From Amoebophrya sp. A120 (lineage: Eukaryota; Protista; Dinoflagellata): 64,000 nt of DNA. Below the pieces are notes generated by a model. That model had not been told where the DNA came from and searched no databases. It was given only the letters and a program-made list of their open reading frames with translations. The stretch spans positions 3,490,265-3,554,264 of the forward strand of contig CAJINV010000007.1 of assembly GCA_905178155.1 (NCBI GenBank). Direction: 5' to 3'. The position numbers were made by a program, and so were the translations under genes. Below, piece after piece: positions 12,161-22,602 of the stretch (its first letter is position 1; each line of letters begins with the position of its first letter).

Positions 12161-14167
12161 ATGACCGGATCCCCGCCACCACCATCTTCAAGCGCCAAAG
12201 TAGAGAAATCTGCACATGCGGCCGAATTGGCACGACTGCGGCGTCTTCGACTCCGTGCCGCGGCGAGAATCTTGGCGCTGAGTGGCGATAGCAGCACGCA
12301 CGGAGAGACCGCGCGAAGCGTCGCCGGGCCCATACACAAGAAAGAGGACCAGGATTTGGCAGGAGACCACGAGGGCTACAGCCACGACCACGACCTCTCG
12401 GGAATAAAACAGGTAGGCGACCACAACAAACTCCATCCTCACGATCACCACTCCGTAGGCGCTGGTGGGCACAACCATCCTCACCATCATGCCCCGGGCG
12501 GGCACCAGCACCACCATCACCACGAACCCGAAGATGGAGTGCAGCATTTGCGGAAGAAAAACGCGCACCACGACGATATGATCCATGGGGACGAACACCA
12601 CACAGTTCTTAAGGACGGTAGTTTTTGGGGCCGGGTGCGGCCGAAGGTGAAGACCTTTGTCGCGATGAAGTCGCAAATGAAGACTGTTTCGGCCTGGAGC
12701 CGGAAAGTCAAGCTGCTGAAGGAGGTTTTGCACGCCGCGAAGCCGGGCTTTCGCATCCGGCGCGACCGCGAGCTCGACCGGCAGATCGAGATGCAATTTA
12801 GCGGCGGCTCGCAGGACGACAACGTTGGGGACGGCGTGGCGTCGCGCCTGAAACGCTCGGCCTTCTCCACGCGCACGCGCTCGTCTTTCGCAAATCTGAA
12901 CGACTTGACCGAGGCGCTCTCGTACGACCACTTTGCGGACACCTACACCGCCGACAACGCGGACGAAACCGAGGTGATGGCGCCGGTTGTGACCCCTGGC
13001 GGCGCGGCCAGCAAGAGCCCCTCGGATGATTCTCTGTCGAGGATGCGAGACGATGGGGACGGGCCAGTTGCGTCGCCGCTGCAGTGGGCCCAGGGTGTGC
13101 GGCCCCCCGGCGGCCTCCGGTCCCGCCAGGGCCGGTTCGCGCGGTGGTCCCAGCTGCGCGCCAACCACCTTTTGCGGAGGCACGCGGAGGTGCAGCATGT
13201 GCACAACACTACCAACGAGGTGGCGCTGACGGAAGACACCCTGGAGGAGGTTTTCGACCGCGAAAAGTTGCGGGACCTAAGCAAAACGTGCAAGACCGCG
13301 CGACACGCGTCTGCCGCCGCCGACAAGGCCCGCGTGGACGCCTACAACAGAGCCTATCGCGCGAAAATCATCGCGGAGCGCAAGCGGGAACGCATCGCGG
13401 CCATGGCCGCGCGGGCCGGGGTCACCGAGGAGGCGGACGCGAAAGGGGACGACAAAGACACGGACGGGGAGTCGTCCGAGGGCGATCCCGACGACAATTT
13501 TCGGGAGCTCACCAAGCTCGAGAACATGATCAGCAACTGCAAACGCGCGAAGGATAGCAACGCAAAGTTTGACGAGCTGCGGAAGGTGTTCCCGCGCGAC
13601 GTGCAGCAATACCTGCGGCCGGAGGTGTTCTGGATGGACGACGAGTGGCTACGTAACCCCTCGATTTCGCGGTTCGGCTTCCTGGACGACGAAGCGAAGC
13701 GCAAAATTGCTATGGACCGCATTCTGTCGTCCGTCACGGTGCGCAAGGACGCCGGGCCCGTCTCGTTTAAGAAAAGCGCCAAGAAGGTGATGGCCATGAA
13801 AATGGCGGGCGCGGGGATCATCGGAAAATCGTCGCACAAAAAGGTCAAGCGATCGGTCAGTACCATGTTTGACAACCGGAGGCAACAACTACCTGGGATT
13901 CCCGGTGCCGCGTCGCCGGTGCGCGGTAATAGTCCTGTTGGCTCGCCGAGAAGTCGTCTTGCAAGTCCAGCAGCTGCGTCTGCCTTTTCGTCACCTCGTG
14001 GCCGCGGTGGAGGAGTGCCTGGAACTGGTGCTGTTGGGTCCAAAGTGTCGTCTCCGCGAACAGCGTACAAGCAGCCGGTTTACATGCTTCGAGCGTTCAC
14101 TCCCGTCGCGAGTCGTGCAAATAGTCCAAACGACTCTGGAGGTGGAGGTGCGCCGCAAAAAGTGTGA
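12161..14167 (+). CDS. Hypothetical protein, 668 aa, with a His-rich N-terminal segment and a charged helical core
   Basis: Long ATG-initiated ORF with GC-rich third codon positions. No domain recognised. Confidence 0.75.
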   Translation: MTGSPPPPSSSAKVEKSAHAAELARLRRLRLRAAARILALSGDSSTHGETARSVAGPIHKKEDQDLAGDHEGYSHDHDLSGIKQVGDHNKLHPHDHHSVGAGGHNHPHHHAPGGHQHHHHHEPEDGVQHLRKKNAHHDDMIHGDEHHTVLKDGSFWGRVRPKVKTFVAMKSQMKTVSAWSRKVKLLKEVLHAAKPGFRIRRDRELDRQIEMQFSGGSQDDNVGDGVASRLKRSAFSTRTRSSFANLNDLTEALSYDHFADTYTADNADETEVMAPVVTPGGAASKSPSDDSLSRMRDDGDGPVASPLQWAQGVRPPGGLRSRQGRFARWSQLRANHLLRRHAEVQHVHNTTNEVALTEDTLEEVFDREKLRDLSKTCKTARHASAAADKARVDAYNRAYRAKIIAERKRERIAAMAARAGVTEEADAKGDDKDTDGESSEGDPDDNFRELTKLENMISNCKRAKDSNAKFDELRKVFPRDVQQYLRPEVFWMDDEWLRNPSISRFGFLDDEAKRKIAMDRILSSVTVRKDAGPVSFKKSAKKVMAMKMAGAGIIGKSSHKKVKRSVSTMFDNRRQQLPGIPGAASPVRGNSPVGSPRSRLASPAAASAFSSPRGRGGGVPGTGAVGSKVSSPRTAYKQPVYMLRAFTPVASRANSPNDSGGGGAPQKV

Positions 14168-15115
14168 AGTGCATGAAAATCTTGAGTTGAAGTCACACTG
14201 AATTTGGAATACGAGCCTGAAGCGGAGAGAGCCGCTTAGGCATACAACTGTGCTGCTTTTTGCTACTAGGTCGTTCGCGTATCATCTACTGGGTCAATGT
14301 TTTCGGGAACAAATGCTACGGATTTCATTTTCAAATTCGCACTAAATGTATGACATTCACGTTCATCTTGTACAATACGCTTTGGATTTTGAGTATCGTG
14401 CTCTTTGAGAAAAAATGTACAAAGGTTTCATCTCGATTGCGGCTACACGACTGGGAATATGTCATTTTTGGCTCTGGCAAGCTAATGCAATTCATCCGAA
14501 ATATGTGTCACTCCGTCCTCCTCGTGAAGATGCTTGTTCGTGGTCGGTTTTACCCTGATGTGGATTGTTCGTCGTACTTAGTTGTATTCATTGTGAATCT
14601 TTCGTTCCCAGTGGTCGTGCGTATACACATGTGATATTTTCGTCCTTCGCTGCTCATTCGTTCTTGTTTCGTTCGTCGCCGTTCGCTCGTCCATGATGGA
14701 TATCATATTCACTTTTTGGTTTTTTGCTTACAATCTGTCTAGATACAGATAGTAGGTAGACGTACATCTACATTTAGATTTTTATTTTCCTGTTATCCGG
14801 GAGATCTATCACAGTCACAGCAGATGGTCAAGGTTTCGAGACATGTGTCCGCGGTAATAATATGTCGGGTGTCATCTTCAAATTATCATTACGTCTTCGA
14901 TTTCATTTCGTCTCTGTCTTCAGAATCCAGGAAGTTCGCGACAAAGAATGTCGTCTGATCAATGTTCCCCTGCTATTTACATCTTCGAAATGTCGACTGC
15001 ATTGATTGTCTTTTCGATGTTTCTGCATATGATTGCTTTCTAAAAATGACTTGTTCTGGGCCTCTTTAATTCAAGCAAAATCAGAATCACACACCGACGT
15101 GCAAAATCAAAAATC

Positions 15116-18100
15116 ATGCCACTCTGGCCCGAGTCATCCCCGTGTTGTGACAACCGTCCATCTTCTCTCGACGAGAATGAGGTTCGGGTCTTCCGTACCT
15201 ACCGCTCCTTGGACGGGCTCGAGACGGAATTCGGGCTCTCCATTCTCAGTGTGAAAGCAGCAGGAGCATCTGCTTTGTCCTCGCCACGGACTCCGACAAA
15301 TTTGGACCGCACAGTTCGACTCGCCCCTTCGTCCAGTGCCGTCTTTCTGCCGCCGGCGATGCAGAGCACGATCACGGTTCCTCTTGGGAAACTACAACCG
15401 CAGCCGACGATAATGACGCCACGGAACCCAAGAAGTAGTGCCACTGCGGCAGCGTTCGGTGCTGCAGGAAGTCCGCTCAACATACCGCAAACTCCACGTG
15501 CGTATTCCATGCCGCCTGTGCAACAGACCAGAACCGTTATCACGCCAAGAATGCAGCAGCAGCAGCAGTTTCAGCAAGGTGGAGAGATTATGATCCCTGC
15601 ACCGAGTACTAGAAGCAGAACCTCTTCTCCTCCACCACGGGGGTCGTCTGCTGCTGAGGCCGTGCCGGGCGTCGATATGGAGGATGAGGAGGACGCTGGT
15701 AGTACCATCAGAAGAAGCGGAGGTGGAGCACCAGCGGCTGCCGCAGCGAGAAAGAGCCGGTCGTCCAGAAGTAGACGTGGCAGGACGGAGATCCTGTTGG
15801 ATGATGAGCTCGAAAATATGACGGGATTAGAACTACCCACGACAGGCAATAGATTCACCACTGCCTTATCGTCTTCACGCGCGGCTGGTACAACCTCGTC
15901 TGTTATAGCTCCGGCGCCTGTACCTTTTTTGTCTTCAGCACAACTAGCAGCAGCAGCGCCAGAGAAGGTAAGGAGTGCAAGTGTAACCGCTCCTCCAGTA
16001 ATATCAATGCTTGGAAGATTTTCGTCGCCACCGCCTACGAAATGGATGGTGCAGAGTCCAAGAGTCAGTTTTCCAGTTGCTGGACCTGGAGGTGGCACTA
16101 CGCCGATAATCACGCCCAGAACGCCTCGAGAACAAAGTCTCGACCTCAACAGGCTCAGCCTCCCGCAACAAATCGTGCCGCCGGTGGCACAACCGACGCC
16201 GCAGACGCCGATAAGAACATCTCCTCCCTCGCCCCCGGCACCCCGCAGCACCTCACCATCCCTTCTCGCTCCTCCGCCCCTGCAAATGCCGACGGTGCAA
16301 ATGCTCTGGAACACCAGCAACAGTTTAAATCAGCTCCCCCTGGGCGGCACCAGTTTGTTGCAGCCTTACACGCCTCGTTGGGCCCCGACGATGACAACGA
16401 CTGTGCGGTCGTTGGTCAATCGTAAAAATTATACACCGAGGCCGAGGGACGTCGATAGTGGCACAAGCATAAATGCCGCGAGCGCGACTGCGCAAGAGCA
16501 ATGTCCTCTCCCCTCGAACGGCGAGGATTTCTGGGCTTGGCAGCCGTACTACCAGCTGCAGCCGAGTCCGTCGAAGCTATCTAGTTTGTGTTGCACGCCC
16601 CGGACGAGTGTGAATTCACCGGTTTTGTCCCGAACGCCCTCTCCGCCGGTTCTGAAAACGGTGGTAGGCCTGAACGGATTCCCGGTGAAGCCCCTAGTAC
16701 AGCAGCAGCAGCGACCGGAGCAGCTCCAGAACCAAAGCGCAGCGACGTCTTACCGGGTCGATTTGTCGCCGAGAGACTTTGTCATTGACAAGTACCGAGA
16801 TCCGCCCGGTGCGCGAGCTCGGCTGGCCCGGGCGGGGATGAGTAAAGAGCAAGATATGGTCGACGAAGAGATTGCGCTTTCGAGGAGTTCGGACTTGATG
16901 AAGGACCCTGCTTCGTCCTCTGGTAACAAGAAGTTGTTGAACGGTGAAGAAAGACAGATGCTGTTTGTGCCGGGGAAACGGAAGGACGTGAATAGGAACA
17001 TCGCGGAAGATGTCATGAACGGCAAGACCGCATTAGCTACTTCGTCCAAAAGTCGAGGTCCTCGAACAGCAGGGTCCGCAAGCGGTGCTAGTCGCGCCGG
17101 TTCGACCACGAGAGAACGAAACAGCTCGTCGTCAGCTGCGGAAAAGATGAAAGCTGCCGTGGCGAAGCGGAAAACCGCTGAAGAACGACGTTCGGAAGAA
17201 ACGAATACAGGACCTGTCTCAACGAAGGAGCGAAAAGGAAAAGTCACGACCTCATCTACAAATAAAAGTAAAACCAAAAGCGGGTCTGCCTCTTCGGAAG
17301 CTGCAAAGGCCGCCAAGATGCGAGCGATTGCAAGGACCGTGGCGCTTATGCAGCCCGGTGCGGTTCCCGTTCAACAGAATAAGAAGACCGCAACACCAAC
17401 ACCGGGCGCAAGTACGCCGATTTCTATAGAGGAGAAAAATAGCACACCCGGAGGGCCTGCGACCCCGAGAACAACAAATTGGCCTGCGAGAAGAGCTGCA
17501 TCTCCGACACTTTCCAGCGCTTTGAAGGCGAAGGCAAGAACGAGCGCGGGGAGAGGTGAAGAAGCTCCTACAACAACTGCTGCGCAGCACTCGAGACTTC
17601 GCTCCGCCGCCGCGACGGTTGTCTACAAAGCCAGAGGTGTTGCCGCGATTACGACTGCAACGCCCAGAAATACTGCCGGAGCAGTCGGATCACGGACGCC
17701 TCCTGCTCCTGAAGCGATTTACTCCAGCAGAGATCAGAGTTTGAACAGAAACAGTGCGGGAACTCCATCAACATCAATTGGCCCCCCACCCAGAGGTAGG
17801 CCCGGCACAGGTTCAACCGGAACCCCTCCGGCAGCTCCTGCCGAGCAGAAACCGAAACCACCATCTGTCGCACCCCAGTTTTCGAAGAAAGCGGAGCGAT
17901 CCGCGTTGGCGTTTGCGAAGAAAATGATGACACCGGTAATGGCGTCGAGGACCAAAGCGTCGAGTATTTCCTCGAAATCTGCAACGAGATCAGCAGCGGT
18001 GCACCAGGTAGTGAAAAACAATAACAAGCAAGTTCTTGCTCCTCCTGCTGCTGCTGTCCCACATGTAGTTCTCGTCCCTGCTCCGATCGTTGTGCAAACC

Positions 18101-19348
18101 ATGGAAATGGACGGTGACATGAAGAGCAACATGACCATCAGCGAGGAAGTGCAACTGTTGCTCGACGAAAATCCAAATAACAATTCGGAAACACGAATTC
18201 GCTCACAGAGTCCACCGACGGCGGCGACGATGACCCAAAGTCAAAGACGGCAGTCGAGTTCAGGGTCTGCGGTTGTACCTCCTGTTCTTGAAGGCGTGAC
18301 GCCGATGATTCCTCCCCAGGAAGACGTTCCGTTCATGACGAATGCGAGCAGCCAAAGAATCGAGATAGCAAACCGGTTTTCCATGGCCGGGCCTGCGCCT
18401 TTGCCTCCTCCACCGCAAAGAGATGAAATTCAGGCGTCTGTTGTAGAAGTACAAGCGGACGAGGAGCACTTCTCTGCTGCTCCAGCGCCTCCTCCAGCAA
18501 TCGTTCTTGTGCCACCGATTCGGAACTTGCAGGAGAAACGAGACGAGATGCATCAGGTAACAAAGAGGAACTCGAATGATCCGGGTTCACAACTATCTCC
18601 GAACACGGCGACACACGACTTACTGTCACGGATTTCCAATGCAAATTCATCCCTGTTGCAGAAAATGCAGGACCAGGAGGAGCAGTACGCTGCTCAGGCT
18701 ACCGACGAGAACACCTACACCAGTGCCACCGGTAATTTCAAATTCTACGAACGGGCGGCACCCACTTGTTCCTCCTCAAGTAGCGCGGTGGAGAACAACT
18801 CTTCGGCCTCTTCTTCAGAAGAAAAGGATCATGCGCTCCTGCATGTAGTTGAAGACAGAGGTGACTCGAGGTCGACAGTCCAGGACAGCATACGGCCAAC
18901 GCGAGCAGAGTTGTCATCTTCCCTTCACAGAACTGCGCCGAGCGACGTGGATCTGGTCTTACCTTTCTCCAAAACACAGTTGAAAATGTCTGCAACGCCG
19001 GTGCAGTGGCCGCTGCGAGATACTCTTTCCGACACCTGCCAGCACGACGTTGGAGACGTCCGCGGAAGGCCGAGAAACATGAGCTACAGCCACAATGAAA
19101 AGTTTTTAAGTTTGAGTAACAGCAACTTTGCAAGTGCAGCAAGCAGTAGGTTTTCTAGCAAAAATATACCGATACATGATCCACAAAAGAACGTCTTCAA
19201 CGGAGGTGGAAAAAGCAACTTAGATTCGATTCCCGAGATCCCCTACATTCCAGTGTCTTTACCATCCACTATCAGCGTGATTCCTCAAAATGTGAACCCC
19301 GTCGTTGTAGCTACCCCCCGAAAGAAGTTTTCGTTTTTGTCTCGATGA
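15116..19348 (+). CDS. Hypothetical 1410-aa Ser/Thr/Pro-rich disordered protein
   Basis: Uninterrupted 4.2-kb ORF with many TPR/SP motifs. No globular domain recognised. Confidence 0.8.
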   Translation: MPLWPESSPCCDNRPSSLDENEVRVFRTYRSLDGLETEFGLSILSVKAAGASALSSPRTPTNLDRTVRLAPSSSAVFLPPAMQSTITVPLGKLQPQPTIMTPRNPRSSATAAAFGAAGSPLNIPQTPRAYSMPPVQQTRTVITPRMQQQQQFQQGGEIMIPAPSTRSRTSSPPPRGSSAAEAVPGVDMEDEEDAGSTIRRSGGGAPAAAAARKSRSSRSRRGRTEILLDDELENMTGLELPTTGNRFTTALSSSRAAGTTSSVIAPAPVPFLSSAQLAAAAPEKVRSASVTAPPVISMLGRFSSPPPTKWMVQSPRVSFPVAGPGGGTTPIITPRTPREQSLDLNRLSLPQQIVPPVAQPTPQTPIRTSPPSPPAPRSTSPSLLAPPPLQMPTVQMLWNTSNSLNQLPLGGTSLLQPYTPRWAPTMTTTVRSLVNRKNYTPRPRDVDSGTSINAASATAQEQCPLPSNGEDFWAWQPYYQLQPSPSKLSSLCCTPRTSVNSPVLSRTPSPPVLKTVVGLNGFPVKPLVQQQQRPEQLQNQSAATSYRVDLSPRDFVIDKYRDPPGARARLARAGMSKEQDMVDEEIALSRSSDLMKDPASSSGNKKLLNGEERQMLFVPGKRKDVNRNIAEDVMNGKTALATSSKSRGPRTAGSASGASRAGSTTRERNSSSSAAEKMKAAVAKRKTAEERRSEETNTGPVSTKERKGKVTTSSTNKSKTKSGSASSEAAKAAKMRAIARTVALMQPGAVPVQQNKKTATPTPGASTPISIEEKNSTPGGPATPRTTNWPARRAASPTLSSALKAKARTSAGRGEEAPTTTAAQHSRLRSAAATVVYKARGVAAITTATPRNTAGAVGSRTPPAPEAIYSSRDQSLNRNSAGTPSTSIGPPPRGRPGTGSTGTPPAAPAEQKPKPPSVAPQFSKKAERSALAFAKKMMTPVMASRTKASSISSKSATRSAAVHQVVKNNNKQVLAPPAAAVPHVVLVPAPIVVQTMEMDGDMKSNMTISEEVQLLLDENPNNNSETRIRSQSPPTAATMTQSQRRQSSSGSAVVPPVLEGVTPMIPPQEDVPFMTNASSQRIEIANRFSMAGPAPLPPPPQRDEIQASVVEVQADEEHFSAAPAPPPAIVLVPPIRNLQEKRDEMHQVTKRNSNDPGSQLSPNTATHDLLSRISNANSSLLQKMQDQEEQYAAQATDENTYTSATGNFKFYERAAPTCSSSSSAVENNSSASSSEEKDHALLHVVEDRGDSRSTVQDSIRPTRAELSSSLHRTAPSDVDLVLPFSKTQLKMSATPVQWPLRDTLSDTCQHDVGDVRGRPRNMSYSHNEKFLSLSNSNFASAASSRFSSKNIPIHDPQKNVFNGGGKSNLDSIPEIPYIPVSLPSTISVIPQNVNPVVVATPRKKFSFLSR

Positions 19349-19853
19349 CAAAAGAAATGCGAATCAATAGGGGCTTAAATTGCCAGAGTAGATAGTTGGA
19401 TTGCTTACATGTTTCGTTTGATTGCACGACAGTCGTATCATGTAACTACGCGCACTCCCCTCGAGAGGACAGGCGACACCGACATCTTTGTCGATGAAAG
19501 TGAAAAGAGATGCAGATGATGCTTGTCCCTGCTGTTCTTCCAGAATCAATCGTTCAAGCCAGAACGCCACCGCTGTCCTCGCGCAGCTTGTATGCCAAAC
19601 AAAGTCATCTTCTCTCGCATGTCGAAAAAATCGAAGAAGTGATTTCGAAGTCGAATCGTCGACGTCGTGATCGTTGGTTGTCGCAAGATCGTTATCCTCC
19701 TCGTCCTTGTCAAATAGATTTTATGTGGTCGGGTAGTTTCCTCGTATTTCTTCTTACCCACTTCTGCTATTTCATTTTGGAAAAAATCTCGAGCTGGAGC
19801 TGTTGCTTTTTGCCAAGAATTTGAAAGTATCTATATGCAAAGAAAAACAAACC

Positions 19854-20462
19854 ATGTCGCTGCAGAGCTTGCTATCTCTATCTGAATCTGCGCTCCACGA
19901 CTTCCAGGCTTCTTCGTACCCGTGCGGCCACAGAGTGCTACCGGCGAGGCACTCTTTGTTCCTATCGGCTGGTGATGTTGCACCTGAGTCAAACGTTGAG
20001 TGCCCGAACTCCCAATCATTGCGGACGCTGTGTGCGAGCAGTGGAAGTAGCCATGTTCAGCCACCCCGGTCGTGGTCCAGGCAGCGCGTACGTGGTATGG
20101 CATCAGCTGTGAGAAGCAGCTTTGCGTCTTCCGACGACATGTTCCCCGGGCCGACACCCAACAACCACGGAGGCGGCGATCCCCCCGACGACAGTCTGTG
20201 CCGCGATTGTCGGAAGCCCCAGCCCGTCGCGTCACAACCCTGCAAGACCGCCGGCGATCGCAAGGCAAAGCTGAATGAAGCGAAAAGTCGGGAGGAAGCC
20301 AAACGGTGGGACCAGCAGGTTGACCTGTTCAAGTCTTCGCTCGGCGTTGGATTCATGGCGGCCATCATCTACCGCGTCCGCAAGTACCTGTTGGCGCCGA
20401 AGCTGCGGAATCGCCATGGCGAAGAAGTCGATTCGGACGAGGGTGGGGAAACCCTTGTTTAA
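19854..20462 (+). CDS. Small hypothetical protein with a C-terminal TM helix
   Basis: ORF 19803-20462, first ATG at 19854. Hydrophobic LGVGFMAAIIY is followed by basic RVRK. Confidence 0.55.
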   Translation: MSLQSLLSLSESALHDFQASSYPCGHRVLPARHSLFLSAGDVAPESNVECPNSQSLRTLCASSGSSHVQPPRSWSRQRVRGMASAVRSSFASSDDMFPGPTPNNHGGGDPPDDSLCRDCRKPQPVASQPCKTAGDRKAKLNEAKSREEAKRWDQQVDLFKSSLGVGFMAAIIYRVRKYLLAPKLRNRHGEEVDSDEGGETLV

Positions 20463-21135
20463 GGGACCGACCTTCCTGGAAGTAGTTATTAAAAAGATAT
20501 GATTGACATTCTTCTAACTTTCACTTTCAGTGTCTTCCCTTCCCTCCGTACGTGGTACTTGCTGGGTTGATTGTGGACAGTGCACTTGTTATTAGCGCCG
20601 CGAGGGCGGTGAGTCCCTCGGCCTCGGACACTCGATCCGCCTAGTACTAGCTGCTTAATACCGTTGCCGGTCGCTCAGTTCCATGACGGCTTTTCATGGA
20701 GTGCTCGAGGAGGAATCGCGGCGTGATATCAAGGAAGTGCTCGAGAAGGAATCGTGACGGAGCACCTGCGTGTCTCCTGTGATAATCACCAAGAACGAAA
20801 TTGGAATTGATATGATGTTGATGTACACGGGTTTGAAGATCTTTCGAAGGCGTGCCCGGGGTTCATGAGGAAAAAAGAGAGTTCGTTATGTCCCCGCAGC
20901 TTCGTGATCGTGTCATTCGATTTTGATGAGTACTAGTTGTGAGCGTAACATCGTGTAACAACATGAAAGGAGAATCTGTTCGGGTGTTGCATTTCGTTGA
21001 TAGAAAACGCACACGCGACCTAGCAACGCGAAAGTGATGTTTTTTGGGCCCGGAGCGTCTAACGTGTATCTTTTGCAGCCTTCACGCAAAGTTGCATCTT
21101 TTTTATCACTATCATAAAATCGATCCGAAAAGCCT

Positions 21136-22602
21136 ATGACACCAAGCAGTTTCGCTTCAAGCTTTCTCTTCGTGGACTCACCTACCTCAACGATAACTAC
21201 TCCGTCGGTATTGCTGCGCTCTACGGCAAATGCGGACGATGATTTTGCTGAGAAGTATCGATCAACACGACTACTGTTCCCTGGGAACATGTCGGCAAAA
21301 CGAAGACGAAGGCGACCCACGGAATCTCCGCGTCATGGTAAAAGTAGCAACAAAGCCAGCACTAGCGCACGAGCCTCGGCGTTTTTGTGCAGCGGAGAAG
21401 AAGATCAATCTCGAATTATATCGACTACAAGAACAGCAACAGCACGGAAGCTGTTATCCTCGTCGACCCGTCCTTCAAACACTTCCTTCATCACCGTGAA
21501 TTGCAACGGGTTCCGCAATCACACTCCTCTTGCGCAAGCCCTGTACAATTCCCAACCGCATTGCCGCATCGGCGACGTGCCGCCGACTTCACAGCAGATC
21601 GTCTTGGTTGCGAAAGACGTGGACAACCTGGAGGATAACGGGGATGGGTTGGGCCCGCAACCGAAAACGCATTTGTTAGTGTCCCACGTCCCACCGTTCG
21701 ATCTGACCGACCCGGTGGGGACGGTGTCCGTGCCGAAGGCCCACGACACGGAGGTTTCTTCCTCCGACATGAAGGCGCAACTCATGGCGACGTATTGTGA
21801 GGAAAAATCCCCCCTCCCCATACCAAACCGGGACACTTCTGAAAATTTGTGATGCAGATTTGAAACCACAAATCGTCGCTGTATTGCATGAAGGCAAGTC
21901 TACAGGCTCCGCCACATTCTACAGGCGGTTTGTCATGCTGTTGCTCCTACAGCGTAGAGGTCTGCCATGCTAAGCGCCTAGGCCAAAACTTGTCTACTCA
22001 GGCCTGATACGGGCCTGCAGTCCTCGCCGGCAAGACAAATCTGATTTGTGGCCTCAAATACAGCATCACAAATTTCGTTTTCGATATGGGGAGGGGGGAT
22101 TTTTCCTTTCGATACGACGATGAAATTCACCAGCAACATGATGAAGAACCTGGTCAACATCATGCCGGGAGACCCGAGCGAGAAGGAACTGCTTTGGAAC
22201 GAGACGAAGCACATGAACAACCAGATGAAGCGGAAAACCCACATGGACTACTTGACTTCCATCCCCTGGCGGTCGGTCCAGCCGAGTCGCGAGGAATTGC
22301 TGGCGGGAGTTCGGGGGATCGAAGACGAGTACCCGCACCGGCTGGTGTTTTCCGCCTACGCGCTGGACCGGTCGTTCCACGACGAGATCAAGGCGAGATT
22401 GGTGAAAAATTGGACGTGGACATCGTTGCACAACTTGATCCGCAAACACGTCTTGGAACGCGCGGACACCACGGCGATCGTCTTGCGGCAGAGGCCGGCG
22501 GACATTGACGCGAAAGTGTACGACTACCGCAACCCGGATTCCAGTGCGGTGCTGATGCAAAGCTACAAAGACGCGTTCAGCTACAGCAAGAAGATCGGAT
22601 GA
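21136..22602 (+). CDS. Hypothetical protein, two exons split by a TIR introner
   Basis: Exons 21136-21792 and 22120-22602 join in frame (LMAT|MKFTSNM) after removing 21793-22119. Confidence 0.7.
21793..22114. mobile_element. Introner, family C (322 bp, TSD CGACG)
   Basis: TATTGTGAGGAAAAATCCCCCCTCCCCATA ... TATGGGGAGGGGGGATTTTTCCTTTCGATA. CGACG at 21788-21792 and 22115-22119. Homologous to 56689-57005. Confidence 0.9.

Noticed and set aside
6567-14070. Minus-strand ORFs of 200-340 aa (for example 6567-7571, 9390-10331, 12188-13204)
   Set aside because: They are antisense shadows of GC3-rich + strand genes with no recognisable motifs.
20698-20760. About 26-bp imperfect direct repeat (AGTGCTCGAG.AGGAATCG)
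   Set aside because: Only two copies, a local duplication with no further structure.
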